Shown here: positions 36,881-48,800 of the stretch, one piece after another | Position numbering within the stretch: the stretch's first letter is position 1 | Layout of the letters: each line of letters starts with the position of its first letter | Source: Camelus dromedarius | Taxonomy: Eukaryota | NCBI RefSeq assembly: GCF_036321535.1 | Contig: NC_087447.1 | Span: forward strand, 35,280,001 to 35,344,000 | DNA: 64,000 nt | Reading direction: 5' to 3' | Notes under the pieces: generated by a model | The model's input: the letters and a program-made list of their open reading frames with translations, nothing else | Told to the model about the DNA's origin: nothing | Database searches by the model: none | Position numbers and translations under genes: made by a program

Positions 36881-37985
36881 TGTTGCCAAAATACCAGCCA
36901 AATAACTCAGAGACCGGGTCTTGGAGCTTAGAAGGGAAGAGGCAGCTTTATTGCTTCTCTGGGCAAAGGGGGCTCACAGCAGGATTGTGCCTTCAAAACT
37001 GTGAACCCACCTTGGGGATGGGATGGGGTGGTTGTCTAGCCGTAGCTCAAACAATAAAGCATTGATAACAATCAACAGAATCCTCTTCTCATCAGAAGAC
37101 TTAGAATGGCGTCATGATGGCTCCAGGCGACCAGTTCTATAGAGGCCAGTGGTTGTCACTTTTTTGATCTCTATCTCGTAAGCACTCAAGGCTTGGTCTT
37201 CTTGGTATTTAGCCTACTTTGTAAGGTTAAATTCTGTGACCTTCTCCCTGGAGATCGACTCAGAGACTGAGGCGGAAAGCCCCATAAAAAGACCAGCAGG
37301 ACCCCTAGGCAGGGCCGCTGCTCTCCTCTTAGCACCGTCCGGTTCCCTGGCCCAGAGGCTCTATCTCACTTTTTGTTTCTAAAGCGGCTAACTTACATCC
37401 AGAATTGTATTGGTTCCCTGAGCTCACTTCTGATTGGTTATTACTCTCACTTCTGACTGGTCCACTTCCCTAATTTCTGATTGGTCCATTTGTAGTACTT
37501 CATTTGCATGGAGCTCACTCCTGATTGGTCTATTTCTACAAAGCTTGTTTCCGGTTGGTCAACTTCTGTTGTACTTTATTTGCATATGATGTTGCTAAGT
37601 GTAAAACTGGCAGCCTATAAAAGGCCTGTGTAAACCTACAGACGGGGTCCAGAGCTTGAAGTGTTAACTCCTCTGGGCCTGCTGGTATGGTGTAATAAAC
37701 CTGAGTTCTCCAACTCTCCGAGTGCTGCTTGGTCTCTCACCCGGATCCAGGTTGCTGTCACAACTGAGCTGTAACACATTTTTCTGCAACAAGACCAAGC
37801 ATGATTACAGCTTTTGATTACTGGAATAAAGTAGAAAACAGTGAGAATAATAGCTTTAGTTTGAACAATGGGCCTGGAACTGTGACTAGTAACCGGTCAG
37901 TCAAGTCAGTTGACCATTTTAAGGGCAAGCATAAGAATAAGCAATCTGTTAGCCTAAATGTGGCCATTTTATTAATCCTCTTTCA
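36881..37985 (-). mobile_element. Solo LTR A (TG...CA, 4-bp TSD AGGC), containing LTR B
   Basis: Termini tgttgcc...ctctttca; AGGC at 36877-36880 and 37986-37989; minus-strand AATAAA (tttatt near 36947). Confidence 0.8.
37268..37791 (+). mobile_element. Solo LTR B (524 bp, TG...CA, 4-bp TSD AGAC) with intact promoter signals
   Basis: AGAC|tgaggcgg...tgcaaca|AGAC; repeated ctgattggt (CCAAT) boxes; TATAAAA at 37616; AATAAA at 37694. Confidence 0.88.
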
Positions 37986-38630
37986 AGGCCAAAGAAACCA
38001 AGATGGCAGAGTTTGGAGCAGAGAAAGGTTTATGCAGGGCCAAATAAGGAGAAGAGGTGATGCATGCACAAAAACCTCCAACTCCCCAGTGGTTTTCAGG
38101 GAGAAGTTTTTATAGGCAAAATTTGGGGTAAGGGCTACAGGATGTGTGACTTTCTTCTGACTGGTTGGTGATGAGGTAACAGTGTGGTGCTCCACGAATC
38201 TTGTGCTCAGCCTGAAGTTGCCATCTAGCCCGTGAGTGGGGGCCTTAGTTCCTTTGGAAGAACTCAAAGATAAGGTTTTGTATATTACTTGAGGAGGAAC
38301 CAGGATCCTTCTTTAAGTGCTGCACTGTTGTGTCTTGATTGCTTCTCCTTTGTTTCTGCATTCCCTCACTTCCCTGATTAGTAACTGTTTGAATCTGCTC
38401 TTTGGTATTCAGGAAAGTCTAGAAGGCTGAAGCCTTTATCCTGCAAATAAGAAAGAAGACACAGAAAGGCTTTGGTACCCAGAAGGGTCCCAGTGGGAAG
38501 ATGAAAAGTGAAATTAATAATTTCCTTGTGTGTATTAATTTGTCACTGCCCTGGTCAGGGCTCAAAACTTTGTTATCATCCTTGCGTCTTCCCCCTTCTT
38601 CAAACCTTGCTTCCAGTTACTAGGTAAATC

Positions 38631-39240
38631 TGATGCAGGAAAAATGGATGTGGAGCATGAGGGCCATGTCCCAGGCTTCCGTTGAGCCCCTGGGACGTGC
38701 CACACCAAGTGTGGGCCCTTGGCTTTGTGCTGGAAAGAATTCAAGAGCAAGCCACAATTGAATAAAGGTAGATTTATTTAGAGATACATTAAAAGGCAAG
38801 AAAAAGGCCATGAAGTGTGGGGGTTGGGTGCTCAGATTACAGTAAAATTAGGCACACACTCCATAAAATGTGGGCCATCTCTGGAAGAGGGAGAGGGAAA
38901 GAGCAAGGTGCTCTCAGGTTTTTGGGCTGGGTAGCTTCATATGCTAATAAGTGGAAGGACCAGTCTAACTACCTTGGGGAAGGGGCTGGGATTCCCAGGA
39001 AGTTGGCCACTGGCACTCTTTGACCTTTTGTGGCTAGCCTTGGGACTGTCATGGTGCCTGTAGGCATGTTATTCACCATACTAATATATTACAATGGATG
39101 TATAATGAAGCTCAAGTTCTGCTGTAAGTCAAAGTTCCCACCATCTTGAGCCTCAAGGCCTACAGGGGGTTGAATTAGGCCTTGGTGTTAATTGCTGTGC
39201 TATTCCTTGAATGTCTGTGCCGTGCCCCCTTCCTGTCTCA
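38631..39240 (-). mobile_element. Solo LTR (ERV1-type)
   Basis: tgatgcagg...cctgtctca termini; flanks aatc/agtc (TSD with 1 mismatch); tttatt signal near 38774. Confidence 0.7.
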
Positions 39241-39374
39241 AGTCCCCTCAATTCTACATTAGTGGTGTTTTCCGTTAGTCATTTATTTTTCCATTTTTTA
39301 TTTCCGCAAGCCCACACTTTCATTACTTCTTGCCTAGATAATTGCAACAGTCTTAAGGGAAGTTTCTTTACCTC

Positions 39375-39820
39375 TGTTAAAAAACAAAATTCAACAGAGT
39401 AAATTTGAAGATCTAATTGGCTTTATTCAGTAATTCATGAAGCAGGCAGCACCCCATCTAGCAACGAGAAGAGTGCTCCAAGGAGGTGTACCAAAAGGAA
39501 GGCTTTTATAGGAGGAACGATAGGACAAGGGAGTTATTAGCAAAAGAAAAGGAAGGCTTATTTTTAGGTCTGGACATCTACTTTGGGGGCCTAGGGGAAC
39601 CATCAAGACTTTTATCATGCAGATTGCATCTTCTTCCTCTAGGAGAGGATGGAGGGGGCCTATGTGACAGATTATTTCTTTGATGCTGACCAGAAAATTC
39701 CACTGGTTAAGATTACATTTCCGGGGAAGGTTGAAGCTGCAATTAAGTCAAACCTAGGTTTGGTATCATGGGCTTTAGCTCGAGTGACACCTTTTTGGGC
39801 CAGTGGCTTTCCTCTTTACC
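39375..39820 (-). mobile_element. Solo LTR remnant within an L2 fragment
   Basis: Starts tgttaaaaaac; ctttatt (minus-strand polyA signal) at 39421; cttttata (minus-strand TATA) near 39503. Confidence 0.6.
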
Positions 39821-39966
39821 GCTTCTAAATACTGCCTTCCCCACCACCACCACGCAGTCTCAGCACATGAAGATGGAACTAACATTAGGTGTCACCCAGT
39901 CAGGTGATCACAAACTTGCCACACATCCGAATCACCGGAGGGGCTTGTTAAAAATATACATGCTAG

Positions 39967-40230
39967 TGGTTGCCAAGGGGGCCAGGGGTGGGAAGGGACA
40001 GACTGGGATTTCAAAATTTTAGATACTGACAGGCATATGCAGAATAGATAAACAAGATTATACTGTGTAGCACAGGGAAATATATACAAGATCTTGTGGT
40101 AGCTCACAGCAAAAAAAAAAAAAATATGTGACTGAATATATGTATGTTCATGTATAACTGAAAGATTGCGCTCTACACTGGAACTTGACAAAACATTGTA
40201 AAATGACTATAACTCAATAAAAATGTTAAA
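39967..40230 (+). mobile_element. Short young LINE-1 3' end inserted in a MER5-like element
   Basis: Reverse complement of the 3'UTR at 23340-23600; AATAAA at 40216; TSD remnant acatgctag on both sides. Confidence 0.85.
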
Positions 40231-40563
40231 TATATATATACACACACACACACACACATGCTAGGATCCTGCTGCAGGCCTGGAATTTGTAGCTCTAAGG
40301 ACTAACTCAACCTCCTTCAACTTGTCTCCTACCCCCGCATTGTTCCTAAATTTAGATGGAGAGTTATCCTAGCTTCTAGATAAACCTAGGCCCCGAGACA
40401 GAGTGATTGTCTGGGTCTCATGGGAAGTTAACTGGGGATCCATTGTCAGAATCCTGCCCTCTTGAGGCACAACTTTAATCAAGATGCTTCCCATTTAGAA
40501 ATTTCGGTGGCTCCCTTTAGTTTTCAAAATGAAGCCCAAATCCTTGAGCTTGGTATTTATGGC

Positions 40564-41045
40564 TGATGAAACAAAATTATTTTAAGCCAGACAAGAAAAA
40601 AAGTTAACAAAATTTTCACTGCTGTTTGAGCTACTCTCCCCTCTCCTTTAGTGTACATTGTGACCTGCATTGTGCATTAACTTGGTTCCCTTAAAAAACA
40701 CAGGAATGCTTTCTTGCCAAAGAGGAGGGAAAAAAAAAAAAGAAGCAATTTCCTCCTAGTGCCAACAAAGTAACTCCTTCAGAGTTTACATTTCCTTCCT
40801 TAATCCTGTAAGTAGGGTTCCTTCCACTACTCCCCTTGTTTGACTGTGTAAACTGTCAGTATGTCACTTGGATGTCTAACCCTTTGTCTCAAAACCTTGT
40901 ATAACTGCTTTGATCTCTAATGGGTGGAATGGTCCTCAGAGCTTTCTGAAGGACTATCTCCTGGGTTGTAATCTTCAAGGTGGCTTGAGTTAAATTCTCT
41001 ATTTCCTTCTTAGATTGGACTATTGATTAAAGTTTTTCATTGACA
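40564..41045 (+). mobile_element. Solo LTR within an L2 fragment
   Basis: tgatgaaac...cattgaca termini; flanks tggc/aggc; tgtataa TATA-like near 40898. Confidence 0.65.
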
Positions 41046-41834
41046 AGGCCCTCTGTGACTTCTTCCCAGACTCTTAGTCTCAGTTTCAGAGCCCAAGTTT
41101 GTGTCTCATCCTGGGCTCTCTGTTTCCTGAATACACTCCACACTTGCCCTCTGACTGTGCTCAACCCTGACTTGCCCTTTGTCCCAGTGCCCAGCTACTG
41201 AAATTCCCCGAGTTCTGTCCCTTCAGGTTCCTCATGTCAAGTTTTGTTTTTAAAATTGTAAGATGCAAATAACATAAAATCTACCATCTTAAACATTTTG
41301 TGGCACAACAAGGCACTGAAATCTCTCCTCGTGGCAGGAACAGTAACTTCAGAGTAAGGTCACGGCAAACCCCACCTTTTCCCACCCCTTCACTTAAAAG
41401 AAATTTGGATGCCATCAAACTTGCTGAGTAATATTACAGGATTACAACCCAGCGCTGCTGCGTGGAGAGGATGAATCGAGTTTCCAGTCAGCCCTGGTCT
41501 AGTGGATCAAATACAAACCACAGGAGAGGCCCGGAAAATTCCTGCTTGTACTTCTTCCCAGGGGGCTTCAGAAAAATACCTACTGGCCCCATCAAGTCCT
41601 TAATACAGAGAATGTTTTCCCAGATTGTGGTTTCCCCATCTTGCCCAAGTCATACATTATTTTAGATGGGCAGCTCTCTGAATCAATCTGAATATTTAAG
41701 TTGATATATTCTCCCAGTGATCTAGGCATTATTTGTATCTGATATTAGTGGGTAAAGCCTGGGTTTAGTGTAAAAGCACTGATGTTGCGTCAGCGTTTCT
41801 AGTTCCCTGGGTGGGTAGCTTTTCCTGTTAGACT

Positions 41835-42006
41835 GCCTGTCTTCATGGCATGAGGCCTGTGCAGTCATGCAGAGCCCCGTAGTTAGCACGGCCCTGTGGT
41901 TGGTTTAATGCCCTGCTTTCACCATCTTGGAATTTTCTAATAATTTCTGAACAAGGTCCCCACGTTTTATTTGGCACTGGTACCCAACGTTATGCAACTG
42001 GCCCTA
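41835..42006. mobile_element. hAT-Tip100 MITE (MER91-like)
   Basis: cctgtgcagtcatgcagagcccc...ttggtttaatgccctgc...aataatttctgaacaagg...gcactgg. Confidence 0.65.
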
Positions 42007-42249
42007 GCTGCCATAGCAGATCTGAGGTGGAGCTTGAGATTTTGCATTTCTGACAGAATCCCAGCTGACAGACTCACAGCTTATTCTGTACTCAGTTTAT
42101 TTAGGCTTAAATAAACTTTCTTTGGAGAAAGAGCTTTCTGTGAGGGCTGCCTAGGAACTTGACTCCAACTGGATCAAATACACGTCTAGACTCTCTAGTT
42201 CTGCTCCTCCAGTGCTACTGGGTGCTGATTGGAATGGTCTTTATTAATA

Positions 42250-42860
42250 TTTTTTAACTGAGATATAATTAACGTACAATTTTATAGGTATGTGACATAA
42301 TGATTTAATACTTGTATATATTGTGAAATGATTACCACAATAAGTCTAGTTAACATTCATCACCGTACATAGTTACAAGGTTTTTTTCCTTGTAATGAGA
42401 ACTGTTACATACTTACATGTGGAATCTAAAAAGTATAACAAACTAGTGAATATAACAAAAAAAGAAACAAACTCAGATATAGAAAACAAGTTCGTGGTTA
42501 CCAGTGGGGAGAGAGAGGAACAAGATAGGGGTAGGGGATTCAGAGGTACAAACCACCCTGTATAAAATAAGTAAGCTATGGGGATGCACAGGGAATATGG
42601 CCAATATTTTACAATAACTATAAGTGGAGCATAACCTTAAGAAACTGGAATCACTATGTTTTACACCTGAAATTTGTATAATATTGTACATCAACTATAC
42701 CTCATTAAAAATAATTTTAAAAAAGAAAAGAAAAAATATATGAACCCCCATGTTAATTGCATTATTTACAACAGCCAAGATGTGGAAGGCACCTAAGTAC
42801 CTAAGTGTCCATTGATGGATGAAGGGATAAAGGAAATGTGGTATGGACATGTAAAATAGA
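42250..42860. mobile_element. Cluster of LINE-1 3' fragments (minus ~42250-42410, plus ~42410-42735, plus ~42740-42860)
   Basis: L1 3'UTR and ORF2-end motifs: tgtggaatctaaaaa, gtggttaccagtgggg, aagtgtccattgatggatgaa. Confidence 0.75.
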
Positions 42861-43183
42861 TACACCTTTTGTAAGAAATGTAATCTATTTCTCCTACCTT
42901 GAAAAAAATTCCCTTTTTACTCATAAGTTAAAAATTAAATTATTTCAATCATTCACTTGCTCAATAAGTGTTTGTTAAGGTCCTATTAAGTGCCAGATAA
43001 TTTGCTTAGTGCTTGATATTTAAAGTTAAATAAGACAGAAATTGTTACAAACTACAGTGGAAGACAGAAAACAAGAGAACAATCAAAACAAAAAACTCCA
43101 AAATAACAGAAAAAGTAAACCAAGAAATGAATAATACAATCATACAATTAATTAATACAAAATAATACAATTTTCCTTTATCT

Positions 43184-43614
43184 CAATGGTTGTCTTCATC
43201 CACAGGTCATTGTCCCTGTTGTACAACCCTGAGGAAACAGGGCAGGTCTGCTCTGCCCGGCAGCCTCAGGCAGGAGGACAGCTCTGCTGTCAGGGCTGGA
43301 GGGGCTGAGGCAGGGCCACCTGGGCTGCAGAGGGGAAGGGTTTGGAGCTCTGGGATGGAGACCCCTGTGGTTAGAGGACAACTCCTCCAGCCTGGACCTT
43401 GCTTTCCTGGTCATTTGCTCAGGATGGTCCCTGCTGGGCCAGACAGCTGATGTGTCAGAAATTAAATCCTTGGAGTTCGTGTCTAAAACCCTTGACCTTC
43501 AAAATGGAAAGGCCAGCCCCACCGAGTCTCATGGGTGCCCTGAAGTCCTCACCACTCCGTGTGCCTATGCTGAACTTTCAGCTCCAGGTCACAGGAAGCC
43601 CTCTCAGCCTCTCA
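43184..43614 (-). repeat. Inverted repeat arm 1 (431 bp): orphan copy of the SAA upstream promoter
   Basis: Reverse complement of 53299-53729. Mirrored ORFs 43190..43450(+) and 53463..53723(-) are identical; two substitutions seen near 43490. Includes the C/EBP-like GTTGTACAAC at 43218-43227. Confidence 0.95.
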
Positions 43615-45689
43615 GCTCAGAGGAAGTGTATTAATAAGCTGGCTCCTGAGATGGGGGCAATGCTAGTAGAGGGGAATTTCTGATTCCCCAAACCAGTCCT
43701 GGAGGTGCCTCATAGTTGGGGTGACAGTATTAGGTACAAGGAGCTGGTGTGTAAACCTTGAGAAACCTCTAATAGGATAGCGGGAGGTAACATGTGTTAC
43801 AGAAAATTGCAGCCCAACTGGGGAGTGCCTGGCTCCCAGTCAGAACAAAGGTAGGGGAGAGCTGTTTGTTTGCTCTGTTTTCCTGGTAGGGAAGGGGGTC
43901 ACTGTCTGCCCTCCTGTCACTGTGAGTCAAAAATATCAGCAGGGTCCTCCCAGCAGAATAGGCTGTAAATATATGAACAGAGCCCCCAACTCTCAAGGGA
44001 CAACATCCTTTCTGCCTCACCCAAAGCAGAAACATTCTACAGAGAGAATTCTGGAGACTGTAGTTCAGGCCAGACAACTCGTCGTAACTCCAAGCTATCT
44101 AAAGACAGAGCAGAGAGAAAGGTTGATTCTCTGCCTGAAGTTAAATGAAGTTTATTCCTTCTCCCTATTTTTTTTGCTAGATTTTTTTGGACCAGACAGC
44201 AAGTACAACTCGTTTTGACTCTCAACTCCCTGCCTGTTTGGTCCACTGTTATCTTGTCATTATTTGCTAAAATAAATGAGATACAGAGTCTTAGATTCTC
44301 AAACTCTTGGTTTGAATAAGAAATCCAGCATTTGTGAGAAGAAAGATACACCGAGATTTTCTTTCACTTTACAAAGCTATCTTATATATATTTATAGCAT
44401 TTGGGAACAAAAGATATTGATGACATCCATGAGAACTTGATCAGGGCAACAAATCATTGGGTTAGACAACCCACTGGCTTTTTCTTTTTTTGACTTTAAA
44501 TGTACAAGAAAGCAAATAATTTCTGAAGTCCCATTACTGTATCACTATTTAAAAAAAAACAAACCTCTTTCAAGAACCAATTTAAATTTAAATTAACAAC
44601 AGAAACCATGTCTGTCTTATCACCTTTTGTACATACAGGGCTTATCATGCTATCTGGTAAATTAACAGGCACTTGTTTATTTCTTTATTCATTCAAAAGT
44701 GCTTGCTGAACTGTTCCTACAGACCAGCACTCTTCCTCTGTATGTCTTTAGCCTCGTGGTGTTTATGTTGTAGTGATCAATCAATAAGTGTGTAACACAA
44801 ATAGTGACATCTCTCATTATCTAAATCTAATCCGTTCTTGATAGTGTGTTGGGGAGCAGTTGTTTTTGGAGGTAGGTAAGTGAGTGGTAGCACATTTTTG
44901 AATATCAAAATTTTAAAATTATTTTACAAGAGAAAAAGATAATAATCCCATTCTAGCCAATTTTCATAAATGTCATCAGGACCACTTGAACAATTGATCA
45001 ATCTATCAAGGATATCTACACAACATAAAACAATTAAAACATCAATTGCCTAATTATTTAATAATTAATGAGCCCATTAGTGGGTGTCTTGTGTGTAATC
45101 CACATAAATACTCTAGGAAGCTGGACACAAATTCTGTTTTTTTCCCATACGGCAACATATATGTACTGTAAATTTTAAAAGTTAAAAAATTTGTTGAAGA
45201 TAATGAATGCAAATAATTTTTGTATAAGAAATATACAGGAAATTCGGTGATAGAATAAGTGAAAAAAATACACATCTGAGATTCCTCCATGTCCAAATTC
45301 AAAGAGCTGGGTGACAGTCTTTTCTCCTTGGCACTGGAAATTCTGTATATAGATGGCTGTTAACAGTGGTCTGAAGCTACAGATGATACAATTACTAAAA
45401 CACACACAGACGTGTGAAATGGGTGTCTGTATTGCCTTTACTTTCTATCACCCTGATAACATGAGATTGTGTTTCCAGTTAAATTTTTGAATGGATATTA
45501 ATGTTTAATGTGTCTTTATCATTCACTAGTAACTGGCATCACTGTTGTCTGCATGCCTAAACCTGAGGGTGGCCTTAGGTAGTGATATGGACACACATCA
45601 CACAGACCACATACCAGAGAGACAGCAGAGCATCTGGGACAAAATGCAGGTAGGTCAGTGGATTTAGTGGTGAGAGCTTGTGGAAGTTC

Positions 45690-45819
45690 TTTTTTTTTTA
45701 ATTTAAAAATATTTTAAAAATTAAAAAAAATTTTTTTTTTAGTGGAGGTACTGGGGTTTGAACCCAGAACCTAGTGCATGCTAAGCACATACTCACCACT
45801 GAGTTATTATTCTCCCCCT
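45690..45819 (-). mobile_element. tRNA-derived SINE (camelid-type) with TSD
   Basis: ggaggtactggggtttgaacccagaacctagtgcatgctaagcacatactcaccactgag (A/B boxes on the minus strand), T-rich tail, TSD tggaagttc at 45681-45689 and 45820-45828. Confidence 0.8.
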
Positions 45820-48800
45820 TGGAAGTTCATTTCTAATTCCTTCTGTTTTCAGTGAATTAGGGAGCGAAATCATCAACTGAGAGGAGGATGGTGGAGGAGG
45901 AGGTGCTGGAAGCTCCAGGAGAGAAGTGAAGGATTACCATCTAAGAGAATGGCAAAGCGAGTGAAGTGGGGACATGCAGTGGTCGGATCGCACAGCAGCG
46001 CAAGGTTAATGATTATCAGCTGAATGTCAGACTAGTCTCTGAGGCTGTGTTTATCTCTGACCACATTCAGTTGCCAAAATTCAGACTTGAAATAAGTGGG
46101 GAAATAGGATATCACCGCTCAATAAATACTTGTTGAATTATTGAATGAATTAATACATACAAAGGTCAAAGAGGATTCATTTAAAGGCGAGAGAGTTAAC
46201 AAAGGGAGAGTGACAGACAGTGAAAGAGAGGGCATAACATATACTCCACAGTCCAGCGGTGCACAGGACCACTGGGGATGGGGTTGCTCAGAGTATTGTA
46301 GGAGCAGGGCTTTCTCTGATAAAGAAAGGAAAGGAGAGAGGATGAGAAAGGTGCACTTGGAGATGGAGGAGGAGAACTAAGGGAAACCAGGAACACTTGT
46401 CCTTTGCCTGCCATAGGTGTCATCACTCTCTACCTGTTTGCATTTCTGAGTTTGGCATCACAGTACACTACACCCAAGGTAGGAGCCTTGCCTGGCCTGT
46501 TGACAGACATACTGCTGAATCACTAACACCTAGCACAGCACCCCACCTAGAACAGGTTCTTTTTATTGAGTGAATGAAGGAGTAGACTGATAGAGGTAGT
46601 GGAGTTTGGAAGTTAAGGAGAATGGAAAGCTTTGAAACAGTGACATGCACTGCATAGTATTAGTCGTATGGAGATGAACATGGACATTGTTTATATGCAG
46701 TGATATCCCAGCCTACTTGGATTGGTTGAATTTATTGTCAAGAAATATATCCAGAAAGAAAATGCTTATCACCACACCTACAGCATCCTTCCTGTTTTTA
46801 TGCACCGTTATCTGGATGAAGGTGTTGAGTCCCTAACTGGCTTCCATATTTCTACCCTTGCCCCCAACTTGTCTCTTCTCAGAGCAACCAGACTGTTAAA
46901 GCACAAGACAGATCATGTCACTGCTCAAAACCTTCCAGAGGATCTCAGTTTTACCCGTAGTTGAAGGTGAAGCCTTTGCAATGGCTTAAAAGACTCAGAT
47001 CTGTCTCACTCACACCTCATGGCCTGCGTCTCTCTTCACTCATTTCGCCCCACCCACCACACTAGTCTCCCTGTTCTTCAAACCCTCTAGACACAGCTCA
47101 CCCCAGGCTTGGATAGTTATTCCTTTGATCTGGAACATCCTTTTCCCAGATATTTTCTTTTGGGGCTTTAGGAAGAGAAGGATCTTCGATTTCAGGATGT
47201 TGGAAGATTCAACAATATAATGTTACTAAGAGTGTTGGCAGCAAATGTGTTGAAATGGGGGTTGTGAGTGACAAGAGGAAATTTTCCATGAAGGTTGGAG
47301 AGGAGTGGAGAGACCTATCAACAAATATGATAGAGATGCCTTGTCCCCAAGCATTACTAATCAGATTGTCTATTTCAGAAGCATCCCATGGACATTTTAA
47401 GAATGCAGAACCCTGGGCCAGAATCATGAGGCTCTAATTCAGCAAGTTTGGAGTGGACTTCAGGAATGCCTGTGTTTGAAAATTTCCCTGTTTTGGAAAT
47501 CACCTGTGCAGATCACACTGGTACGGCTGGAGAGAGAGCAGTGTAGAATTTGACAGGGACTTAGGAGAAGATGCTCCAAGGAATACTGGGGGAAAATTCA
47601 GTGGAAATGGCAGTGGAGAAAAAAAGAGGGTGGAGACCGCTCTTTCTTTCCCATTCTTATTGTTCAGGAATTGCAGGAGGTGTACCCCAAGGGAGAAGGC
47701 AACAATAAAGCGGAATCACCATAGGAAGGGCAAGTTTCAGCTCTCGCTAACAGGGGAGAGAGACAGGCAAAGATAAAGGGGGGATTACTCACCACAGAGC
47801 CTTCTGACCCAGGGCTGAGTGGAAGTGCAGGCAGACCGTAGAGGTCTGAGGCTGACCGGTAGAGAGATTCGTTTATGTGAAGTGGAAGCAGGGACAGGAG
47901 AACAGGTGAAGGAAACAGAAGTTTAGCGTGCTGTTCAGTGACAGCAGGCTGGGATCATCGACTGCTTTGGGCTGAGTGCGGGGTGCTATGCTGTGGAAGG
48001 TTGATACTTAAGATCCAGTAGAACTACCCTACCTCCCCGAAGTCCAAAAGGACTGTCAAATGAAGCAACAGGATGCCTTTCTGATCTCCTCCCAAAGAGG
48101 CTGAAGTCTAGAAGTTCTAGAGAGAATGGAGTGACAAAGGAGGAAGGTGGGAAAGAGAGGACAGTGAGGGTAGGCAAGGTATGCTCCCAACACTTGTTTA
48201 CTATGAAAAATGTGTAAGTAAGAAGTTGGTTTTTCAAGGTGACATGCAGCGTTCAAACTTGGCATCACTAGACCCAACAGGCCAGGGCTTTCTACCTTTT
48301 GCAATCTCTAATTACTGGGAAGAGGAGCCAGGTTCTCTCCCGAGGGCAGGGGTGCTTTGTTTATCTATAAATTCATCTTTTATACACTCACAGCCAATGC
48401 ATTCTTTCTCACACATCCACCAGATCTCCTAGGAGTGCCTCTCTTTTATTCATTAAGAAACAGTTCACCTCCAAATTCCTTTCTGATGGAGAAGCCTATA
48501 GCGAGTATAAATGGCTCATTCAAGGACCACAATCACGGATGCACACAGTGCCTTGGATGGTGTTCTTTCTACTCCAGCTCCTTGCCTCCATCATTTAACA
48601 AAATTTTTTTTTCTGGAACTTGTACACTCCTTAAAAATATGAGGGGTAGCTTACAGTAATTCCAGGTTGGATGATTTGGTTTGGGAGAATACCACTGGAC
48701 ACAGCAAATCTCAATTTCTGGCAATAGAATCCTGGACTTTGCCCCATTCCATTTTTTCCATGCTTATCTGACAGAAAGTCTCAGTACAAAATGTGAGAAT

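Larger units (their letters stand above)
36846..38493 (-). mobile_element. ERV1-type solo LTR (MER41-like), outer host of two nested LTRs
   Basis: ...gcatgcctgatagtgAGGC [insert] AGGCcaaagaaacc...gagtttggagcagagaaaggtttat..., continuous once the insert is removed. Family assigned by eye. Confidence 0.65.

Noticed and set aside
43190..43683. Duplicated ORFs (86, 72, 94 and 60 aa) mirrored at 53246-53723 as a novel gene pair
   Set aside because: They overlap on both strands and resemble no protein family I recognise. Their identity is explained by the DNA inverted repeat of promoter sequence.
45741..45805. tRNA-like A/B boxes as a tRNA gene
   Set aside because: Has a polyA-type tail and a TSD, so it is a SINE.
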